From Candidatus Dojkabacteria bacterium (GTDB lineage Bacteria; Patescibacteriota; Dojkabacteria; B142; OLB20): DNA of 44,740 nucleotides. The notes under the pieces were generated by a model. It had not been told where the DNA came from. It searched no databases and saw only the letters and a list, made by a program, of their open reading frames with translations. Location of the stretch: NCBI GenBank assembly GCA_020429395.1, contig JAGQLL010000006.1:30549-75288 (forward strand). Reading direction: 5' to 3'. Position numbers and translations under genes: made by a program. This document shows, piece after piece, positions 17,184 to 25,261 of this stretch. Each line of letters opens with the position of its first letter. Positions within the stretch are counted from its first letter, which is position 1.

Positions 17184-20100
17184 TTTGAATATCCGCAGGA
17201 TCTACATAGTATACATCCTTCTGCATATTCTAAATCAGATCCACATTCGGGGCAATCTAACATGTCACCAAAATTATTATCTTTCGAATAGCCAGATTTT
17301 GTATCTTCTTGAATAACAACCGTTTGAGTGGTGACTGTAGTTTCTGCAACATATTCAATGTCAGCAGGATTTTGCTCTTCAGAACTTAAAGTAGGCTCAA
17401 TTGGAGTATTTGACATCCCATCATCAATTAGTTCTTCCTCCACTTCAGGGACTTCTTGCTCAGAAAACATTTTTATTTGCTCTCGTTGTTCTTCAATGTG
17501 CTTTTTCAAGATTTTCGCAACTGCATCAGGCACTGAGTAGATAAACATTCCTCGATTCAATGTAGGTGTGGATGTACGAATTCCTTGAAGTTGTTTCACT
17601 ATCGACTCAGGCTTGATTCCCGAGCGAAGTGCCATAGAGATCATCCTACCCAGTGCCTCAGTGTAACCTTGTGTGAAACTCCCACTTTTACCAATATTTA
17701 GGAATACTTCGACTATTCCTTGGTCGTCTTCATTTATTGTAATATACAGATCTCCTTGCTCGGTTTTCACTTCATAAGTTTTTCCTCTGGTTACTAGATC
17801 TCTTTTTCTAGGTTCTAAAACATTACGAGGCATTTGTATAGAAACAATTTCTTCTTTAGTTGAAGTGTTTGTGTCCTTTTTGGAGGTTCCTACTTGAAGC
17901 GCAGGGTCTTTGCTTCCATCTCTAAAAATAGTGATACCTTTACATTCCAGATCAAATGCTAGCTCGTATACTTTAGCAACATCTTGCCAAGTAGCATGAT
18001 TTGGTAAATTGATAGTTTTCGAAACTGCACTATCTACATATTTTTGGAAAACTGCTTGAATTTGAACGTGAGATTCTGGTGTAATTTCATGAGTTGTTAC
18101 AAAAACATCTACAATATTTGCGGGAATATTGTATTTTTCTGCAATATCCTTTAGATGCACTCCATTGGCAATTTCCGCCATTAATTCAGAAGAGTAAAAT
18201 CCACTCTTTTTGGCAAATGAGAGAAATTGTTTATCTATAACCTCTTGATCTACTCCTCCCATTGAATTCTTCCTTCTATAACCAAGAGAGAATATTGGTT
18301 CAATTCCTGGATTACAATCAGCGATAATTGAAATTGTTCCTGTAGGAGCAATAGTTGTGGTGCGAACGTTACGCATATATTTCTTTTCTGATTTCCAATT
18401 TGAATCATTAAATGCAGGGAAATTACCTTTTTCCTTCCCTAATTCTTCAGACGCAATGTGAGATTTGTCTTGTATAAATTTCATAATCTCACCAGCTAAC
18501 TTGATTGACTCCTCACTTCCATATGTAATGCCTAATTCTATTAATATATCCGCGAATCCCATAATCCCAACTCCAATATTTCGTGTTTTTCGAGTCATCT
18601 CCTCGATTTCTTTGATTGGATAGTTATTAACGTCAATTATGTTATCTAGAAACCTAACTGCAGTTGAAGTAACTTTTTCCAGATGAGTCCAGTTCACCAT
18701 CTTTAATTTTTCTTTAAGATCAAGTTTTACAAGATCAACGTAAGAGATGTTCTGTGGTACAGTTATGAACTTTGCTAAATTAATATGTCCCATATTACAA
18801 GTCTCGAATGGAATTAGTGGTTGTTCGCCACACGGATTTGTAGCATCCATAGTTCCGAGTTTTGGGGTGTTGTTCTTGGCCTCAGCACGATCTAGGAAAT
18901 ACATTCCCGGATCACCACTTTGCCATGCATGTTTTGCAATTCTTTCAAACATCTCACGAGCCTTGATTACTTTGTAGACTTTTTTATCACTTGGATCGAT
19001 TAATTCCCAGTCAAGATCTTCTTTAACAGCTTTCATAAAATCATTACTCGCTCCAACTGAAATATTGTAGTGAGTGATTGAGGTTAAATCGTCTTTACAA
19101 GATATAAAATCCTCTATGTCTGGATGACTTGCATTCAGAATAGCCATAGAACCTAATCCACGACCACCTCTACCTCTGATGGTGTCCTGAGCTCGATTAA
19201 ACATACGAATATATTCAACTGGACCGGCTGCGTTCTCTCCAGTAGTTTTCACCTTTGCATATGATGAGCGTATTTTTGAAAAATTGAAACCAGTCCCCAC
19301 ACCTCTTCGCAGACATTGAATATTCATATTTAATGTTTGGAAAATCGAGTCGATGGAATCGTCAATAGGCAAAACAAGACATTTCGACATAATAGTTTCT
19401 TCCCCCATACCAGCCCATAATAATGTACCTCCACAGTAAAACTTCCCGTCGTTCATTACATCAAAAAATTCTTTTGCAATCTTTTTCTTCTTTGATGATG
19501 CTTCCTTGCTTGCTACAAAGTCAGCAATTCTTTGCCAAAGTTGTTCGGGTGATTCATTTATTTCATCGTTGTCATTCTTTTTCAATGCTCTTTTTTCAAG
19601 AACTTGAAGTGCATTTTCAGTCAATGAATGTAAAATTTTGCTATCACTCTTTGGATTCTCTTCTTGTTTACTGCTCGATAAAACTTGGAAATTCTTAGAA
19701 CCATCTCTATAAATTGTTATTCCCTTACAACCCGATTCCCATGCAAGTATGTACGCTTTTCTGACTTCATCAATTGAAGCGTCATTTGCAAGATTTATGG
19801 TTTTTGATACAGCAGCATCTACAGAATTTTGAGCAGCAGCTTGCATCTTCACATGCCACACAGGTTCAATATCATGTGTAGTGACAAATATCTTTTTCGC
19901 TTCTGCTGGAACTTCAGGAAAACTATCCAAATGACCACCATTATCGGCGATTTTTTTCATTAATTTTTCGGAATAGAAATCATGTTCTCTGGCATAGGCT
20001 TCGAATTCTTCATTTACATAGAATAGTGATTTTCTATCTTCTTGACCTTCGTCTTGATAGAAACTTTTCCTTTCATAAACCAATGAAAAGATTGGTTCGA

Positions 20101-21478
20101 TTCCGCTTGATGTATTTGAGACTAAACTCAATGTTCCTGTTGGAGCAATCGAGGTCATGGTAGCGTTTCTGACCTTTCTACCCATCTCATCCCATTTACT
20201 ACCTTCAAAACCAGGGAATACTCCTCTTTCTGTAGCCAATCTTTCTGATTCTTTTGTAGAAGCTTCTTGAATAAAGGCAATAATCTTCTTAGCGAGATTT
20301 ACTGCTTTGTCACTGTTATAAGCGATACCCATTTTATAGAACATGCTTCCCAACCCAACAACACCCAAACCTAGTTTTCTTGTTTTCTCAACCTCATCGG
20401 CGATTTTCTTAAGTGGGAAATCACTCAAATCGATCATATTATCTAAAAAGTGTGTTGCAGAATATGCCGACTTTTCTAGTAAGTCCCAATCAATATCCAT
20501 ACCTTCTTTTGTTTCTACAAGATGTGTTGGAAGAACTATTGAGCCAAGATTACATGATTCGTAGGATCGCAGTGGTTCTTCTCCACATGGGTTTGTGGCT
20601 TCGATAACTCCCAAAGGTTTAGTGGGGTTTGCATTTTGTGTTGTGTCTAGAAAGAATAAACCGGGATCAGCGCATTCCCATGCTTTTTCACATATCAATT
20701 CGAAAACTTCTCTCGCTTTTAGTGACTTTACTTTTTTTTCGTTTCTGGGATTAATTAAATCATATTCCTTATCTTCACGAACGGCGTTCATAAATTCATC
20801 TGTAACTCCAACAGAAATATTAAAATTTCGGATTGTATCATCTTGACCTTTAAGATTAATAAAATCAATAATATCTGGATGATTGATGTTTAGGATAGCC
20901 ATGTTTCCACCTCCTCTTTTCTTCCCCTGTAGCACTTGATCAAAGGCTTGTGAAAAAGTTTTAATAAAGTGAATCGGTCCAGCAGCAACATTTGGTGTAC
21001 CCCCAACTTCATCTCCTTTGGGTCTTATGTGAGAAAAATTAAATCCAGTTCCTCCGTTATTCTTTTGAACCAAAGCAGCTTCTTTCATAGTATCGAAAAT
21101 CGATTCTAAATTGTCTTCAATGGGTAATACAAAGCAAGATGAAAGCTGTCCTGTTCCATCAATCTTATTTCCTGCTTCATATAGGACCCTAGAACCTGGA
21201 AGAAATCGATTCTCGGCCATTATTTGATAGAATTCCTTTGAAGTTCTCTCAACAACTCTTTGCTTTCGCGCTTCAGAACCTTTGACATATTTTGAGTCTT
21301 CAGAAGCCATAGCTGTTGCTACTCTCCAAAACATTTGTCGAGGGGTTTCTATCGCTTCACCTTTTGAATCTTTAAGCAAATGGCGTTTTTTCATCACTTC
21401 AAGTGAGTTAGGAGCGATATTTGGTTCGGAAAGACCTTTTGGTGGATCCACGAGACGTTGCTTATTGTTACTAGACAT
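17174..21478 (-). CDS. nrdJ: class II (adenosylcobalamin-type) ribonucleotide reductase, two complete catalytic cores fused in tandem plus C-terminal domain and zinc ribbon (1434 aa)
   Basis: Every core motif occurs twice: [16 protein letters not shown] / [37 protein letters not shown] / [39 protein letters not shown] / [35 protein letters not shown] / [17 protein letters not shown]. These are followed by [30 protein letters not shown] and [26 protein letters not shown]. Confidence 0.9.
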   Translation of the reverse strand: [1434 protein letters not shown]

Positions 21479-21515
21479 GATAGTTAGTACGGTTACAATT
21501 AAATATAGACATGAG

Positions 21516-22382
21516 TTATTTAGATTCTTTTGTTAACTCACGAATGAAAAAGGCAGATTTTTCAAATATTTTGTAAATTGAAGGAAGTACTTCTTCCTGT
21601 TTAATTTCTTGAAAGTTTTTCCAAACAACATCGGGATTTTCCATATTCGACTTCTCGCTATCAACTCTTGCGATAAAGAATTCTACAAGTCCAGCGAAAT
21701 CATCCCTCCCATGAAAAGATTGGTCTGTAAATGGTATTGCGCCATCTAATATTTCAATATCATAATCTCTTTTTAGATTTTGTGATAAATTCTCACTCAG
21801 CATCTCCCATGTATTTCCAGGAATGTTGACTACATCTCCGATAGGTATTGTCCATAAGTTATTATCTTTAGTAGAAGTCATGTCTTTCACAAGCATAAAT
21901 TCGTTTTTGTCATTAAGCACTATTCCAGCTACCGATATGAAATGTAACTTATTTTTAGTTTGGAGAGCGTTATAAGCTGATTCGTAAATTTCATGTACAA
22001 CTGGAAGTGTTTTAAGATCTCGTATTTCTGAGATGGTTTTCCATTCCACCTTTTCAACTTCATTAGTGGAAGCCTTTATGTCACCAGCCTCATATTTTGA
22101 TAAAAATGCTATAGCAACAACTTTGTGACCTTCATCGTCAACAAATTGATGCGAACTTAAATATTCTGGATATTTAATCTTTGCACCAGATTCCTCTTCA
22201 ACTTCAATATGGAGACTCTTCTCAAGAGCCTCATACTTTTCGTTTTCATTAAAATGCATTTCTCCTACGTGATAAGAATAAACTCCAGGCATCAACTTTT
22301 CAGATTTGCTTCTAGAAGCAATTAAAAATTTCTGTTCCTCGTTATAAACAACTCCTATGATTAAAATTTTGTACTTATCCAT
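21516..22382 (-). CDS. double NUDIX-fold-like protein (atypical Nudix box)
   Basis: The N-terminal half has GEMHFNE...IEVEEESGA, a Nudix-box-like sequence (G-x5-E ... EExG) with about 5 extra residues and no Arg. The C-terminal half (ISVAGIVLNDKNEFMLVKD...WTIPIGDV) repeats the fold pattern without a box. Confidence 0.5.
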   Translation of the reverse strand: MDKYKILIIGVVYNEEQKFLIASRSKSEKLMPGVYSYHVGEMHFNENEKYEALEKSLHIEVEEESGAKIKYPEYLSSHQFVDDEGHKVVAIAFLSKYEAGDIKASTNEVEKVEWKTISEIRDLKTLPVVHEIYESAYNALQTKNKLHFISVAGIVLNDKNEFMLVKDMTSTKDNNLWTIPIGDVVNIPGNTWEMLSENLSQNLKRDYDIEILDGAIPFTDQSFHGRDDFAGLVEFFIARVDSEKSNMENPDVVWKNFQEIKQEEVLPSIYKIFEKSAFFIRELTKESK

Positions 22383-22389
22383 AAAATTT

Positions 22390-22842
22390 CTAATAGCTTA
22401 ACCAATTAAAATAATTTTTATCATGAGCCAGTTCATCAAAAAGTTCTGCTGTAAGTGTCCTATTAAAAGATGAAACTAAAAATGCTTCGATAAATTGTTG
22501 TGCATCCGAATGTGAGATTTCTTCAATTTGTGCGAATTTTAATGCCAATTTTTGAAAAGATATTTTTGGTGTATCATCATCAATTTGAATTTTCATTCTA
22601 AGAAATAGCTTACTCTGTCCTGTTGACTGGATTTCAACCGCTTTTAAAATACTTTCGGGTTTCAATGTTGATAGACCAATAATAACGAATTGCCAGTCCT
22701 GACTATCCGTCCACACTTTTGTAATTTCTGTATGATCAACATTTGAGGTATCAATAGCCACCCCTTGCTCTAAGTCCCTTTTTACTTTATCTAGTAGCCT
22801 ATCAGGACTTATTTTTAATGAATCGAATGTTATTTTTTCCAT
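22390..22842 (-). CDS. hypothetical protein (150 aa) embedded in the RNR operon
   Basis: ORF with a 1-nt start/stop overlap with the upstream nrdJ (22842) and 7 nt from the NUDIX-like gene. I recognise no motif. Confidence 0.5.
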   Translation of the reverse strand: MEKITFDSLKISPDRLLDKVKRDLEQGVAIDTSNVDHTEITKVWTDSQDWQFVIIGLSTLKPESILKAVEIQSTGQSKLFLRMKIQIDDDTPKISFQKLALKFAQIEEISHSDAQQFIEAFLVSSFNRTLTAELFDELAHDKNYFNWLSY

Positions 22843-24620
22843 TATTTTAAATTTAAAACTTGTTTATCTCGACTTTTGTCTCGATAAATAGTAAAACCTT
22901 TTAAATTAAGACTAGAGGCAAGTTTAAATGCCTTGATGACATCTTCAACTTTGGCACTTTCAGGCATATTTATTGTTTTGGTAACTGCATTATCTGTGTA
23001 TTTTTGGAATGCAGCTTGAGTTCTTATATGCCATTCCGGAGTAATATCTCCTGCTGAAACAAATATCTTCCTCAACTTTTCAGGAACTTCCTTAATATCT
23101 TTTACACTCCCTTTTTGTGCCACTTCATGCATTATCTCATCTGAGTAAATCCATTCCTTTTTTAATGCTTTTTCAAGATATTTGTTCATGTATATTAGTT
23201 CTGAATCCCCTACTGTTTCCATATTCTTTCTGACATAAGCCATAGCAAAGAATGGTTCTATACCACCATTGCAATCCGCCACAAGACTTGTTGTTCCTGT
23301 TGGAGCAATAGTAGTAACTGTAGAGTTTCGCATATTTTTATAGCCTTTCTTATGCCATCTTGATCCTTTGAAATTTCCAAAATCACCTCTTATTTCACCT
23401 AGTTTCTTGGAAGCATCATGTCCTGTATCTTTTATGAATTTCATTACATTTTCTGCCAAATCAAGTGCTTCTTCGCTATCGTATTTAATCCCAAGTTCTA
23501 CTAGCATATCAGCCCATCCCATCACTCCGAGCCCAATCTTCCTGTTGCCATATTTCACTATTTTTTCTATTTGTGGAAGGAGATGGTTTGATACTGTGAT
23601 CGTATTATCGAGAAATCTTATTGCCGTGTTAATTACAAATTCCATTCTTTTCCAATCAATCTTTTCGTGAGTTGGAATTGAAAGATTCTTTTTTGAGTCA
23701 ATAATAAATTTATTCAAAACAATTGAGCCAAGATTACATGCTTCATATGGTAATAATGGTTGCTCACCACACTGGTTGGTTGCTGTCATCTTCCCTACGT
23801 TCGGCGTTGGATTGTACCTGTCAATCTCATCGATGAAAATAAATCCAGGCTCTCCACTTCTGTATATACTTTCTGCTATTTTTGTAAGTAATGCATGTGG
23901 GTCTAGGGTTTTGTATACTTGTTTCTTGAATTTTAGATCAAAAGTTTTGTTTTCATTCAATGCTTTTACAAATTCATCTGTAATTGAAATTGAAATATTG
24001 AAATTTGTAAGTTGTGAATAATCCTCCTTCGCAGAAATAAACTTCTCAATCTCCGGATGGTCGATTCGTAATATCCCCATATGTCCCGCATGTCTCACTG
24101 CGCCACGGTTTAAAATTACTTCTGATGAAAAATCATATAATCTCATAAAAGAAATTGGTCCACTTGCTTCACGTCCTGTTGAAGTTACTAGTTCGTGCTC
24201 AGGCCTTATGGTTGAAAAGTCATAACCAATTCCTGCGCCCCTACGATGAAGTACTACTGTATTAGCTAAAGTTGTGTAGATAGATTCAAGACTGTCTTCT
24301 ATAGGCATCACATAACATGCCGCTACTAGATCTTCCTTTCCTCGATCAAGTAATGACATACCTGATAGAAATTCTAAATTGGATTGGATTTCATAAAAAT
24401 CAGCAATTAGTTGATCAAGTTGTTTTTTTGATGGCTTTTTGTAACCTTCTTTTTTATCGGAATTATCAGTTTCAGCCCTTGAAATAAATTTTGAAACTCT
24501 TTCAAACATCTGAGATGGTGTTTCTAGTGGTTTTCCATTTTTATCGATTTTTAAATATCTTTTCTCTACGATAAACTTTGCGTTATCAGTTAATTTAGGG
24601 GTTTTATTTTTCACAGTCAT
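22842..24620 (-). CDS. nrdJ: class II ribonucleotide reductase, catalytic core only (592 aa, no C-terminal domain or zinc ribbon)
   Basis: [59 protein letters not shown] and [19 protein letters not shown]. The protein ends 10 residues after the YRD block. Confidence 0.85.
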   Translation of the reverse strand: MTVKNKTPKLTDNAKFIVEKRYLKIDKNGKPLETPSQMFERVSKFISRAETDNSDKKEGYKKPSKKQLDQLIADFYEIQSNLEFLSGMSLLDRGKEDLVAACYVMPIEDSLESIYTTLANTVVLHRRGAGIGYDFSTIRPEHELVTSTGREASGPISFMRLYDFSSEVILNRGAVRHAGHMGILRIDHPEIEKFISAKEDYSQLTNFNISISITDEFVKALNENKTFDLKFKKQVYKTLDPHALLTKIAESIYRSGEPGFIFIDEIDRYNPTPNVGKMTATNQCGEQPLLPYEACNLGSIVLNKFIIDSKKNLSIPTHEKIDWKRMEFVINTAIRFLDNTITVSNHLLPQIEKIVKYGNRKIGLGVMGWADMLVELGIKYDSEEALDLAENVMKFIKDTGHDASKKLGEIRGDFGNFKGSRWHKKGYKNMRNSTVTTIAPTGTTSLVADCNGGIEPFFAMAYVRKNMETVGDSELIYMNKYLEKALKKEWIYSDEIMHEVAQKGSVKDIKEVPEKLRKIFVSAGDITPEWHIRTQAAFQKYTDNAVTKTINMPESAKVEDVIKAFKLASSLNLKGFTIYRDKSRDKQVLNLK

Positions 24621-24637
24621 AATAATTTTTATGAAAT

Positions 24638-25090
24638 TTATTTAGATTTTAATTCTTTAATTGCTTGCTCGAAATCTTCGATGGTATTAAAATCCCGATA
24701 AACTGACGCAAATAACAGATATGCTATTGTGTCGAGCTTTTTTAATCTTGTGAGTACCATCTGACCAATTTCAGTACTTTTTACAACTGTTGTTTTGCGA
24801 TTTAGAAGCTTAAGCTCAATGTCATCTAGTAAATCATCAATTTGACTTTCAGTTAAATCACGTTTTTTAACAGCTTTCATTATTCCTTTTTTCAATTTTT
24901 CTCTGTCAAATTCTTCTACTTTTCCACTTCTTTTGTGAACATTTAAACTAATAGTCTCTACTCTTTCGTATGTGGTGAATCTCTTTTTACAGTTTAAGCA
25001 CTCACGTCTACGCCTGGTAACGCCTGACTCGTTATTGTCTCTTTTATCGACAACTTTAGTTTCTATACGATGACAATAAGGACAAATCAT
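24638..25090 (-). CDS. nrdR: transcriptional repressor NrdR
   Basis: MICPYCHRIETKVVDKRDNNESGVTRRRRECLNCKKRFTTYERVE (zinc ribbon) plus an ATP-cone. ATG at 25090; the 26 codons upstream in the ORF track look like a read-through extension. Confidence 0.9.
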   Translation of the reverse strand: MICPYCHRIETKVVDKRDNNESGVTRRRRECLNCKKRFTTYERVETISLNVHKRSGKVEEFDREKLKKGIMKAVKKRDLTESQIDDLLDDIELKLLNRKTTVVKSTEIGQMVLTRLKKLDTIAYLLFASVYRDFNTIEDFEQAIKELKSK

Positions 25091-25145
25091 GTTAAAAAAC
25101 AGTGTTACGTAAGGGAAATTAGAAAGCATGCCCCTTACTTTCAAA

Positions 25146-25192
25146 ACACAACAGCTTGTGTTGTTCAACTAGACTAACAACTAGAACTTGTG
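25146..25192 (-). promoter_or_regulatory. candidate tandem NrdR boxes
   Basis: ACACAAcagcTTGTGT (25146-25161) and ACAActagaacTTGT (25177-25191). Their centres are about 31 bp apart, upstream of nrdR. Confidence 0.5.
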
Positions 25193-25261
25193 CTTGTCAA
25201 GTTATTTTATTATATTAACGAGGAAGAATTTGGAATGTTCTTTAGGCAGATGAAGTAGTCC

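Noticed and set aside
17174-21478. Intein as an explanation for the oversized RNR
   Set aside because: The extra ~600 aa repeats every RNR core motif in order (a second catalytic core). It does not show Hint/endonuclease blocks inserted at a conserved site.
24638-25168. 176-aa version of NrdR with a 26-residue N-terminal extension
   Set aside because: Canonical NrdR starts at the zinc ribbon (MICPYC...), and an ATG is present at 25090. The extension would also run into the candidate NrdR-box region.
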